The translations under genes and the position numbers were made by a program. A DNA stretch of 63,238 nucleotides, counting the filler, from Octopus bimaculoides (lineage: Eukaryota), in NCBI RefSeq assembly GCF_001194135.2. It is 6 parts of 6 records of this genome, joined end to end, with 100 filler letters (N's around TTAATTAATTAA, not from the genome) between each part and the next. Parts side by side here need not be neighbours in the genome. Positions count along the whole stretch, not along the records: positions 35,921 to 51,989 come from NC_068992.1; 5 more parts are not named here. One strand, given 5' to 3'. The notes beneath the pieces are model-generated. The model worked only from the letters and a program-made list of their open reading frames with translations, was not told where the DNA came from and did no database searches. This document shows, in pieces, positions 37,561-49,699 of this stretch; position 1 is the stretch's first letter, and each line of letters opens with the position of its first letter.

Positions 37561-38614
37561 CTGGGCCTGTATGTGTGTGTGTGTGTGTGTGTACATTATA
37601 TAGGTAGTTATGGTAAATCGCAGCTGTTTCCTCTTGAAGCACATCTGCTCATCTCATTATTACAATCAATATGTATCTATGGTTGTTGTTATATCTTAGT
37701 CAAACTACTTATTAACATTGAGAATTATAGAGATATTATTTGCAGAGTTATTCTACAATAGAAATACACTGATATTTCTATGTTTGTGTATCATTTTATG
37801 TATTAATATTTATGTGTGTTTGTGTATATGAGCATATGTATTAGTATATCTATGTTCATCTATGTATGTATGTATATATGTGTGTATGTCTTCACATGTA
37901 TGTGTGTACATCTTTTTCTTTCCTTCACCATGGCTATTTATAATGCTCTTGATTAATATCCAAATATAAACATTTTATCTAAATGTGATTTTTGCATTAT
38001 AGATTTTTTTTCTCTATCTGACAAATTTCTAATTGGAAAATTCCTTACATGGCTATTTAAAATGTTAATATTCATTATTCCTATTACCAAATGAAACATG
38101 TGTAATGGAGAATAAATAATACCAAAAAGTTTCCACTTGCCTATTTCATGTGTGTGTGTGTGTGGGTGGGTGCGTGCATGTCTGTATTCATAATACATAA
38201 TGCTAGATGTAATAGAATGTAAATATTGGGTTGAAAAACCCTTTTTAGTAGAAAAAGTTAAAGCATCCAACTATTGCACCAAAGCAACCCTTTGAATTTC
38301 TCAGTCCATTTAAAAAAATTCAGAATAAAGTTTCTAAAATGTTTTAACATTTCAAGAGGTACAGTCTCTAAAATCATTTCAATATGAATGTAAAACTAGC
38401 TCTGGCATGTATAATTCTGGATGTGGTGTTAGTGAAATTCATTGTGTGTTAAAAATCATGAAACTATGATCAGATAAGTGGCTGAAGAGCTGAACAAAAA
38501 ATTCTAAGCCACTTTATTCCTCCATCTTCCTTGCATATATGTACGTGTATGTTTGTAGATGTGTGCACTTATTTTAGAAAATTTCGTGAAAATTTTTATG
38601 TGTACACACATATA

Positions 38615-39400
38615 CAGGGGTTAGACATAACAAAGGTAAAGAGCTAGTTATATTATTTAATACAGAGTTGATCCAACTTTGGCATCAATCACTGCTTTAA
38701 TATATCAAGGAATTGTCTTGTGTATAGGCTCTGAAAGACTATTTTAGGGAATTTTAAGTAATTCTTGAAGTGAAACTGCCTTTAGCTCTTTTAGTGACAA
38801 TAGCTTAGGGAAGTGGCTCCTCACTTGTTGCTCCAAAATGCACCATAAAAGTTCAGTTATACTAAAATCTGATTGTGATGGCCACTTAGTGGCTTACTTC
38901 ACTTTTGTACTCTTTGTATCAATTTTAAATGGCATTAGCCATGTGAATCAACATATTGTTACTCAGTCAGATTGTATGACTACCAAAGAAATGTTTGTAC
39001 AACAGGATGGACATGATCAGCCAAGAAATCAGATATTCGTTGGGGTTAACTTTGCCATGTAGAGCAACTAAAGTGCGAAGAGAATTCTGTGATATGGCTG
39101 TGTGAATTATGACAAAAGAGGACATTGTTCTGTTGTGTCAGTGACAACTGATAATCTGGACAACCACTTTTTCTGCTTATTTGTGCTGATGGAGAACAAA
39201 GGAGTATTAGCAATTGTATTGGCTCTCATGTGATATCCGGCTTTATGGAGTTCATGACAAATGGTTTTGATGGACACTGGGTTGGCAAACTGGTACATTT
39301 TATAATGCCTACTTTTGTATATATTCGTAAATCTAAAATAATATTTTATAAAATACACACACATGAAACTAAATAGAAAAAATATTTATTTTAAAAATCC
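38615..39400 (-). mobile_element. Tc1-family transposon remnant
   Basis: VSIKTICHELHKAGY, LVDHVHPVVQT, WPSQSDF..ELLWCILEQQVR; TA-caggggttagaca terminus. Confidence 0.75.
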
Positions 39401-39769
39401 ACCTTGCTAAACATTATGGTTAAAATTTCTAAATAGAAAGCAAATAACTTCTATAACAATGATCACCTAGAGATAGATATGTTGGCCGACAACATTTACA
39501 CTTACCTACATGCTCTTATGAATATTAAAGCATAAGCTTCACAAATTTTCCATACTAATAACACCATAACATGCTTAACTGATAACCACTACCCTTCTGA
39601 TACAAACAAGTGAAAAACTCTAAATAACACTGACAAAAGGTAAAGAAGTCTGCTAACCAGTTAAAGATTACTACTTTCATTTTTTTGTGAACCCTTTAAA
39701 ACTCCATCACCTAAAAGATAACACACCTAATTAAAAAGGTTTAAATATCAGACTGAATTCTGAGCTTTA

Positions 39770-40169
39770 AATATAAATAAGAAATGAGGAATTATGTACA
39801 TTATTTACATTATTTATATTTGATGAATATTTGTCCTCATCTTGTTTGTTGTTAACACGTTTCAGCTGATACCCACTCCAGCTTTCATCAGGTGTCTTGG
39901 GGAAATTCCGAACCTGGGTTCTTTCTCATTCCTAAGGTATTTTTCGATGTTATTATTATTATCATTATTATTATTATTAATATTCAGGTCACTGCCTGGA
40001 ATCGAACTTGGAATCTTGGGGTTAGTAGCCCGCGCTCTTAACCACTATGCCATTTTGCCCATGGGTCCACGGGCATATGGCATAGTGCTTAAGAGTGTAG
40101 GCTACTAACCCCAAGATTCCGAGTTCAATTCCAGGCAGTGAGCTGAATAATAATGATAATAATAACATC
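39770..40169 (-). mobile_element. Second tRNA-head/HHR element, with ~100-bp inverted duplicate of its 5' part
   Basis: Minus copy ~39770-40060, plus copy 40071-40169; HHR at 39854-39896. Confidence 0.85.
39854..39896 (-). ncRNA. Hammerhead motif with 3-nt loss at the cleavage site
   Basis: GACAC CUGAUGA A AGCUG-gaguggguau-CAGCU GAAAC GUGUU. Confidence 0.6.
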
Positions 40170-40259
40170 AAAGAGTATTAAGTAATCTTTCAGGGTAATG
40201 TGAACATAAAATCAAGTGTTAACATACATACATACAGGTAACATGCTTCAATGCAAAAT

Positions 40260-40500
40260 CAAAAACTTCCCAATACCTTGTTTGTGAGCTTTTTTGTGCT
40301 GATGATGCAGATCTCATTGTACACATAGAAGACATACAGTATATAATAGAAATGGATTTCTTCTTTAGAGTAGACACAGCTTTTGGACTTCCCATCACTT
40401 GGAAGAAAACAAAGGTCATACTCTCTCTCTTCCAGGCCATATTACACTTAATATTTTCTGGGGTACAAAACTGGATGGGTTTCACTTATTGAACACACAC
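40260..40500 (+). mobile_element. RTE (BovB-like) RT fragment
   Basis: ELFCADDADLIVH.ED.Q....F...FGL.I.WKKTKV. Confidence 0.7.
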
Positions 40501-41199
40501 TTAGTATGAAGAGAGAAGAATATTTCATGTTTTGGATTCTTATCCTTCTTTAGAAATATTTCATATATAGCCCACTCTGTAAAGTCGTTGATGTTAGGGA
40601 AGGCATCCAGCTATAAAGGTCATGTCAAGGCAGATAGTGAAGCCTGGTGCAGTCCTATGGCTTACCAGTTTCTGTCAAACCATCCTAACCATGCCAGCAT
40701 GGACAATGAATGTTTTAATGATAATGATGATAATGATGATGAAGATTGTGTTTGTTTGTGTGTGTGTGTCTGTGTGTGTGTGTGTGTGTAGTGAAAAATT
40801 AAAATAAACGTAAGTATTAATTAGTTCCTATGTATGTTTCACCATTACAGTTATTTGGAACTCAGTATTGGATGGTCCAAGTACATTTGGATACCTAATC
40901 ACAATAGATCAACAGGGAAATACTAATATATCTGTTACAGATATTAGATCTTTGTCACAGAATGCAATAAAATATTCCCAACAATTCATTGCAGTTAGGC
41001 AATCTAAATGCATTTGGAACATTCAATATTGAGTTCGAAATAACTGCAATGATGAAATATATGTAGGACCTAATAATTTATACATGTGTTTATATTTTCC
41101 ACTACTTATGCTTAATGTATCATAACTAGTAACATAGTTATGTACAGTGTGGTAGACTAAAATTTATATTGGATGCTGATAATCTATGTAGAGCTCTGA

Positions 41200-41688
41200 A
41201 TCATACAATAGTATGATATGCTAAAAGCATTAGCTATTTCATTTATAGCCAAACGCTTGTCATTTATCACCATGTTGTGAATACAATCAATGTTTTCCTT
41301 AGTGGTGACAGTTGCAGAATATCCAGACCTTGGGTCATCTTTAACACTCTCTCCTTCCCCCTTAAATTTAGCTGCCCACTTTTGCACTGTTGATAAAGCT
41401 AAAGTGTCATCCTCTAATGTAGTAACAATGACAGCATGTATGTCGTTGGTGGCTAAACTCTTTTTCTGCAGGTGCTTGGTAAGGTGACAATGCCAAATAT
41501 TGTCCATTTTCAAGAGAGTTGCTTCTAGTTATGTTTGAAGTCTTCTTTCAATAGTCAGATATCAGTTTACCTGAAAAGAAACAAGGCAGTTATTAATAAG
41601 AAAGGTTGAAATTGATATTAACACATGCAAGATTTCACAGTTCTAGCATCACTCCATAATAGCCTATGAATTTTTCAGCCCACTCTTG
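41200..41688 (-). mobile_element. Mariner 5' fragment (TIR + HTH region)
   Basis: TA-caagagtgggctgaaaaattcataggct TIR; LSTVQKWAAKF....ESVKDDPRSG. Confidence 0.85.
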
Positions 41689-42457
41689 TATATCTAATGT
41701 ATAAATGCAAGTGTATATAATGTATATGTGTTTAGCCCAAAAAGGCTCTGAAACTGTGCATCCTCGAGAAAAATGAATTTGATTTTCAAAATCTGCATCC
41801 TGAATACAATGTTATCCATAAATAATAATAATAAATATATGCTTTGCTACAAGTGATAAATCAAATTTTAGTTGGACAATTCTCCTATTCTTTGTGCATC
41901 ACCATAGTCTATCTCTCTCTGCTATCTACCACTCTTTATCACTCATCCTCTGTGTATATATATTATCTCTCTTGCATTGCATCCATTTGTTTAAAACTTT
42001 GCCTTCTAATATTTTCTTTCATTTTATCGCAACTATCCATTACAAATTTGGTATTCTGATCAGGTAAAATTGATCAAATTTTAAACCTCTGTAACATTTT
42101 TCAGTTTTTGTTTCTGGAACAAATGAATAATAAACACAGATTCAGCTTGAAAAAGTACATCAATATACCAGATTTGAAAATTTCCACTTAATTTTGCATT
42201 ATCAAAATCTGTGAGAGCAACAGAGAAGATCTCTCTATTTGCCAATCACTTCCATTTTTCACTTTTCTCCTGGTAAACTTTCCCCCTTCTCTATGCATTT
42301 TTACCACCTTCTCTCTCACCCTCTATAAAAGCATATAGCTTACATGTGTGTATGCAGGTGCTAGGGAATTTCATTAGAATAACAGAGTGATTTTAAAAAG
42401 GCATGTAAAAGATAGTTTATTTTTACAGCAAACTTTTCTGTTAGTAAATATGTTTTT

Positions 42458-42571
<114 letters not shown>

Positions 42572-43857
42572 TCACTTGTTGTAGGATGGAGGATTTGAAA
42601 TTTAAATTACAAAATTTTTTGTTGTTGCTTAAATTCCTGCAGTGGACGACTGCATCATCATTTACCATCCGCTTTCCATGCTAGCATAGGTAGGACGATT
42701 TGACTGAGGACTGGTGAAACCAGATGGCTACACCAGACTCCAATCTGATCTGGCGGAGTTTCTACAGCTGGATGCCCTTCCTAACACCAACCACTCTGAG
42801 AGTGTAGTGGGTGCTTTTTACTTGCCGGTGGTACATAAAAAGGAAGTTGGAAATCGGTGGTTACCATCACAATCTTCACTTTCTTTATTTTCAAACAGAA
42901 AATGAAATGTAATTTAAACCAGCAGTGAAATTTTTTTGAATATTTTCATTACACTCTGCCTCCCTGTAGATCCTAAAATTTCAGTTTAAAAAAATTTTTT
43001 TTTTTACGAAATTAATATTAAATTATAGTTTTAANNNNNNNNNNNNNNNNNNNNNNNNNNNNNNNNNNNNNNNNNNNNNNNNNNNNNNNNNNNNNNNNNN
43101 NNNNNNNNNNNNNNNNNNNNNNNNNNNNNNNNNNNNNNNNNNNNNNNNNNNNNNNNNNNNNNNNNNNNNNNNNNNNNNNNNNNNNNNNNNNNNNNNNNNN
43201 NNNNNNNNNNNNNNNNNNNNNNNNNNNNNNNNNNNNNNNNNNNNNNNNNNNNNNNNNNNNNNNNNNNNNNNNNNNNNNNNNNNNNNNNNNNNNNNNNNNN
43301 NNNNNNNNNNNNNNNNNNNNNNNNNNNNNNNNNNNNNNNNNNNNNNNNNNNNNNNNNNNNNNNNNNNNNNNNNNNNNNNNNNNNNNNNNNNNNNNNNNNN
43401 NNNNNNNNNNNNNNNNNNNNNNNNNNNNNNNNNNNNNNNNNNNNNNNNNNNNNNNNNNNNNNNNNNNNNNNNNNNNNNNNNNNNNNNNNNNNNNNNNNNN
43501 NNNNNNNNNNNNNNNNNNNNNNNNNNNNNNNNNNNNNNNNNNNNNNNNNNNNNNNNNNNNNNNNNNNNNNNNNNNNNNNNNNNNNNNNNNNNNNNNNNNN
43601 NNNNNNNNNNNNNNNNNNNNNNNNNNNNNNNNNNNNNNNNNNNNNNNNNNNNNNNNNNNNNNNNNNNNNNNNNNNNNNNNNNNNNNNNNNNNNNNNNNNN
43701 NNNNNNNNNNNNNNNNNNNNNNNNNNNNNNNNNNNNNNNNNNNNNNNNNNNNNNNNNNNNNNNNNNNNNNNNNNNNNNNNNNNNNNNNNNNNNNNNNNNN
43801 NNNNNNNNNNNNNNNNNNNNNNNNNNNNNNNNNNNNNNNNNNNNNNNNNNNNNNNNN

Positions 43858-44615
43858 ATTGCTGAGTCACTATCAGAACTAGAGAAGTTTCAGGTGTGGA
43901 AGCAAGGATTAGAATCGAAGGGCCTTAGAGTCAACCAAGCTAAAACCAAAGTCCTAATAAGTAGAAAGGTAGACAAACCACAAACCCCTTCAGGTTGATG
44001 GCCCTGCTCGATCTGTAGAAAAAGCATAGGTAGAAACTCTATAAGATGTACCCAGTGTAAGCTATGGACACATAAGAGGTGCAGCAATATCAAAGGAAGG
44101 CTAACTAGGAAGATAGTTTTTGTATGTGGCAGATGCTCAGGTGCAATAAACACTGGAAATGTGCAGAGAACAACTTCTGCCACATTCCAGGGAGAAAAAC
44201 TGGAAGTAGTTGATAGCTTCCATTACCTAGGTGATCAAGTCAGTTGCGGGGGAGGGTGCACTGAAAGTGTAGCTGCTAGAATAAGAATAGCCTGGGCAAA
44301 GTTCAGGAAGCTCTTATCTCTGCTAGTGACAAAGGGACTCATGCTCAGAGTAAAAGGCATGTGTATGAACTGCCATGCTACATGGAAGTGAAACATGGGC
44401 TGTGACTGCTGAGGACATGCGTAAGCTCATAAGGAATGAAGCCAGTATGCTCCGATAGATGTGTAATGTCAGTGTGCATACTAGACAGAGTGTAAGTACC
44501 TTGAGAGAAAAGTTGGACCTAAGAAGCATCAGTTGTGGTGTGCAAGAGAGACGATTGCACTGGTATGGTCATTTGGCGAGAATGAATGAGGATAGCTGTG
44601 TGAAAAAGTGCCACC
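43858..44615 (+). mobile_element. RTE-clade LINE RT fragment with embedded PHD-like finger
   Basis: GLRVNQAKTKV, CSIC..CTQC..HKRC..CGRC, LEVVDSFHYLGD, HGSETW, RRLHWYGHLARM. Confidence 0.88.
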
Positions 44616-45291
44616 TCCACCTCCACCAGAAACCAACACAAAGACACCATCAAAGGACAAAGAAGGATGAGGAAAATAGAAAAGAAAAAGACGCAAACTG
44701 GCAGTGATGAATCCTGCCTCACACCCATCCAGCTCCCATCCAAGCCCACTTTGCCACACCCTTCTCCTGCAACTACCGGTCCAGCCCCCAACCTGGCCGA
44801 CAGAAAAAGCTTGCATGCACTCACAGGTGTCCCAAAATTCTCAACCACATCCCCGTAAAATAAAAAAGAAAAGAAAATTTACAAAATTATTAATTGTTTT
44901 GAACTATCAAGATCAAGAGTATAGAAAGTACGACATTGGTAAATGTGTGGAACGAAATTCCTATGCATTTGAGATGTGTGATAATTGATACAATGGGAAA
45001 AAATTGGAGAATTACGAGAAAGTGAAATACTTTGAAATAAAAATAGACAAAAGGGAAATACCCTTCATGATAAGTGCTGCAAATATAAACTCAAATTTTG
45101 ATATTAAAGCTTCAGACATTTTAAAAAAGTAATCCAAAGTGAAATGAAGGTGCCTGGATGTGGGGCCGAGTGTCATCATTACATCATTTATTTCTTCATT
45201 TCATACTTTCATCCATTTTCACCTACCCACACGTTTGTATTGTCTTGTATTATCCCTTCTGTATTTCGCCCCTTGTGGGTAATAAAGTAAT
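44616..45291 (+). mobile_element. 5'-truncated relative of the ORF1-only element
   Basis: Colinear with ~46290-47026: basic tract, Pro-rich tract, EIPFM domain, gaagg.gc.tggatgtgggg 3' UTR, gggtaataaag end. Confidence 0.75.
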
Positions 45292-45307
45292 CTAGTATAC
45301 TTGTAAG

Positions 45308-47026
45308 ACAATTTGTTCGTATATGCTTGTACGTTGTTCCAAAAGTCAGTAACATTTATTGAAAGGTGTTTATTTTTGATTGTTGTGGTTTTTTACCCTT
45401 GTTTTGCTGCCTTGCGACAGTCTTGTTGACGCTGTTCCCCTTATTTGAAGGGGGAAGTGCTATTTAGAAAAAAATATCATGATAAACTGTGAGAACTTCA
45501 ACTCCTCGGAGTTCTCTTCTTCAGAGGAGGAACTAATAAAAACCTTGGGGAATGCAGACAGAAAAATGGACTTCACAACGGTGGCCAGAAGCCACCAAAA
45601 ACAAATTAATTTGCAAGAAATCGGAAGACGTAAAGAGATATTAAGAAGGGACAGACACAATATGAAGGTGTCCCCTCCTCAAGAAATAATGCAAGGTGAG
45701 AAAGAGAAAATGATTATTTACAGAACATTTTCTGTGAAGAACCAGAAAATTGAGGTAATGACGGTTGCCCAAATTGAGCGGGCATTAAAGCCAATATAGA
45801 GAGAAATCGTTTACCTCAACAGAGGCAGAAAGTTTGGGACTGTGGAGGTGCAGTTCTGAGATGCAGTGACTGCTACACTCGGCAACCCCTTTAAAAATGA
45901 AGGAGGTAGTGCTTTTACCTATATACCTTGGAAGGCATGCTTCCAAGGTAAGGGTAGAAGACATACACCCAAAAATAGACATAGCCTGGTTAGTGGACGC
46001 TATCCTGCTGGGCTTGAAGGAAAAGGTGGTGGTCCTCCAAGCCACGTATACTGTCCACAAGAATTGGCAGGAGCAGGGCCTCGATATGTTGATCCAGACC
46101 GCCTCGGAAGACCCAGAACAGATGTTAGAGACTATAACGATTGAAGACACAATACTGAGGGTTAGCGTGAAGGGCAGGATACCTCGATGCTACAAATGTG
46201 ACCAAAAAGGTCACATTAGAGTAGACTGTCCTCCACCACCTGCAGATATGCAGAACAAGCCCATGAGCAGTAAAGAAGCCGCACCTTCACCTCCAGCAGA
46301 AACCAGTGCAGAAGCAGAGATAGAGGAAAATAAAGGGGAAGACAGATAGGAAAAGGTGGAAAAAAGGAAAAAGAAAAGGAACAAGACACAATCTATGAGT
46401 GATAAGCCCCATCCCACGTCCACCCGACTCCACCCAAGCCCACTCTTCCCCACACTTCTACTGCAGACACCACTCCTCTCCCTGCCCCACCCAACAAGGA
46501 AGAAATGATCATTTGTACAAAGGAGCCCCAAATTTCCCAACCATTGCCCTGTAAGAAAAGAAAAAAATGTACATTGTTTTTCACGATGAAGCATATACCT
46601 AACTATTAAATGTAATCCCTTATTGGGACAAGACAATATATGTGAACACGTATCTATGCAAGGAAGTGCCCAGGAATTTAGGGTGTATCATAGTCGACCC
46701 TATGTAAGTGGAGTGACTGAAGGAGTATGAGGAGAGCATGGAAAAGGATGTTGATACCAGCGAGATACCTACAATGGTGAGCCCATTCAAATTAAAACAA
46801 GACTTTAATATTGATATTGTACAATGTCTAGCTGTTTAAAAAGGTTATAAAAATAGGGAAAAAAGATTGACTGCAAGATTAAATGAAGGCGCATGGATGT
46901 GGGGTCAAGTGTCATCATTTCATTACTCATTTTAATTGTTTCATCTTTCCATTCGTTTTTGTGTCCCAGCTTTCATTGTACCATCCTGTTTGTTTTTATA
47001 TTGTTCCCTGAGGGTAATAAAGAAAT
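45308..47026 (+). mobile_element. 1719-bp ORF1-only (half-LINE-like) retroelement with 14-bp TSD
   Basis: TSD agtatacttgtaag at 45294-45307 and 47027-47040; no EN or RT motifs seen inside. Confidence 0.8.
45479..46830 (+). pseudogene. gag/ORF1-like protein with CCHC zinc knuckle, disrupted
   Basis: ORF pieces 45479-45799 and 45897-46349 with CYKCDQKGHIRVDC; in-line remnants continue to ~46830. Confidence 0.75.
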
Positions 47027-49694
47027 AGTATACTTGTAAGTAAGTAAAAGCCAAAGTTCACGGTTCATGGTTAGAACTGACGGTTTACTGGTTTTGGTAC
47101 AGACACACGTACGTACTTAGTTACTTGCATACAAACTTATATACATACATATTTACTGTTTACTACAATAATTTGGTCGCTACAATTTTACTTATTTACA
47201 TCCCAAAAGATTGGAAGTTCTTCCCAGTGCCTCAGAAACTGCTAGAACATTCAAGCACTGGTTGTTCATTTTTTGTCAATGCAAAAATACTGTTACTTCT
47301 GGAACCGACGATATTTACCTTGAACTTCTGACGAATTCAGTTTCTTCCGAAAACTTTGAAATCATTTCAGAATATATTATGTTCCATTCTGCTTTAGCTA
47401 CTTTGAAGGACACCTTTATTTAGCCAGCCAATTCGGTTGTCGCCAGAAATAAATTGTCTACTCAAAAACAATTACCTAGTGAATCTATAGATGAATATAT
47501 GCGTTTTCCTCAAAAGCTTAGCCTGGATTTTGATTTTACAAGTGTTTCTGCCAAAATTTACAGAGATGAGTACGTTCGAGATTAATTTATTACCGGAATT
47601 TCTTCTCAAAGTATTCGAACTAGACTTCTTGAAAATAAATCGCTTACTACGACTACTGCAATCAATCAGGCGCATGCCTTGGAAACTGCTTATATCCGCT
47701 CATAAGTTTATGATTCTACATCAATCTCTAATATAATCTCCCGGTAGCTACAGTGAAAAAAAGTAGAAGGGAGTAAAAGGTTAGAGGTAACTAGTACAGT
47801 GGCTAGTAAAACATCAAAATGTTGGACCTACTGTTACGGGTGTGGCAGTGTATCAAGACACGAGCATGTTAAATGCCCAGCTTGAAGTGCTGAATGTAGG
47901 AAATGCAAGAAGATTGGTCATTATTCAAAAGTATGCAGGTCTAAATATTCAGTTACTGCATCAATTCAAACAGGTACTCTTGCTTCTGTTCTCTGTGTCG
48001 AACCCGTTGATGATAGAAATATCTATAAATGGATTTTCCTTAAAAGCTCTCTTAGACACTGGAAGCTTGGAAAATTTTCTTTCAAAATCTGTGTCTTACA
48101 TTTTCGGCACCTGTCATGAAAGTGAGATTTAAAAAAAAAAAAAGGCCGAAAGGTGGAAGTTAAAGCTTATGCTTTACCCATACGATGTACAGCATCGAGC
48201 AGTTTCATTAAATACGGCTGCTGACACTCTCTCAAGAGAAAATTGCTCTGCTACTTCTCACACAGACCTTTCTGAATTACACAGAAAATTGTGTGACTCT
48301 AGAACCGCACACATCGTGCATTTAATCTGTATTCGAAACCTACTGTATTCTGTAGACGATGCAAAAAATGTTATTTCCTGGTGTTCTACTTGCCAGAAAT
48401 GTGAACCACAATTCTATAGGCCTGAAAATCAAGGGTCGATTCGAGCTATGCATCCATTTGACAGACTTAGCATAGATTTTAAAGATCCTCTGCCATCATA
48501 TTCCTTAAATACTTGTTAATAGTCTTGGAAGAATATTCGTGATTTCCATTCAGTTTTGCATGTAAGGATACTTCTTCCCCTGTTATTTCCTGTCTTGCAT
48601 CTATGTTTTCAATCTTCGGCCTTCCGAGATATATACATTCAGATAGAGGTTCATCGTTTATGTCATCGGAACTAGTCATTTTTTACACTCCAGAGGTGTC
48701 CCTACGAGTAAATCTACCCCGTATCACCCAACAGGAAATGCTCAATGTGAGTGATTTGTTGGTTCAGTGTGGAAAGCCATTACATTGTGTTTAGAATCAA
48801 GAAACTTACCTGTTCGAGGGTGGGAAGTTGTCCTACCTGACGCGTTATACTCACTTAGATCGCTGTTATACACCACTACAAATTGTACTCCGCACGAACG
48901 ACTGTTCTTGTATCCATAAAAATCCATTAGTGGCACAAGCATGCCTACGTGGCTTACTAAACCAGGTAAAGTGCTACTCAGAAAGTATATTCATAATAAG
49001 GATAAACTTCTGGTTCAGGAAGTTAAACTACTGGAATCCAATCCATATTATGTTCATATCAAAAATCTTACCAGCAAAGAGGATACAGTAGCCATTAAAG
49101 ATCTGGAACCCTCAGGAACTGATATGAGCTCTGATAAAACTGATATGAGTTCTGTTGAAACAGTCACAGAAACTTTTAACTCGGAGAGAACTCCTGTACT
49201 TAAAAATGATCCCATCACGTTAGAAAACGAAAATCTTAATGCCTCCCTGTTAGAAGAAACTTCACCTATTGCCAAACCTCTTTGGCGTTCACACCATGTA
49301 AGAAGACCTCCAGACCATTATGGGCATTCTTAAATTTTGAACTGTCTGTAAACTTTTTTAGGTGGCGCGAGTGTTGTGATTTTGCTGATTTTGAAACTCT
49401 TAGGTGGAGCGTTGTACCACTCTACATAGCAGGTGAATATGTTTAATTATTTGACATTTATCAAGTGGACTCTTCTTTGTCAAGTATATTGGCTTGTGTC
49501 AGATGTATGTATAAATTACTTATTTTAAAGAGTATTAATATTTTTCTTCTAGTATATTTGTATGTGAAAACCAAAGTTTACAGTTCATGGTTAGAACTGA
49601 TGGTTTCCTACCATATTGGTACAAATATATGCACGTACTTAGTTACTTGTATACATACATATTTAAAGTTTACTACAATAATTTGGTCACTACA
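47027..49694 (+). mobile_element. Ty3/Gypsy LTR element lacking RT (gag-PR-[RH end]-IN)
   Basis: gag RD.FITGISSQSIRTRLLE and CRKCKKIGHYSKVC; PR LLDTGS; RWKLKL..YDV; IN HSDRGSSF, TPYHPTGNAQCE; 5' LTR remnant 47027-47184 matches the 3' LTR ~49372-49694; purine tract before the 3' LTR. Confidence 0.88.
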
Positions 49695-49699
49695 GTGGA

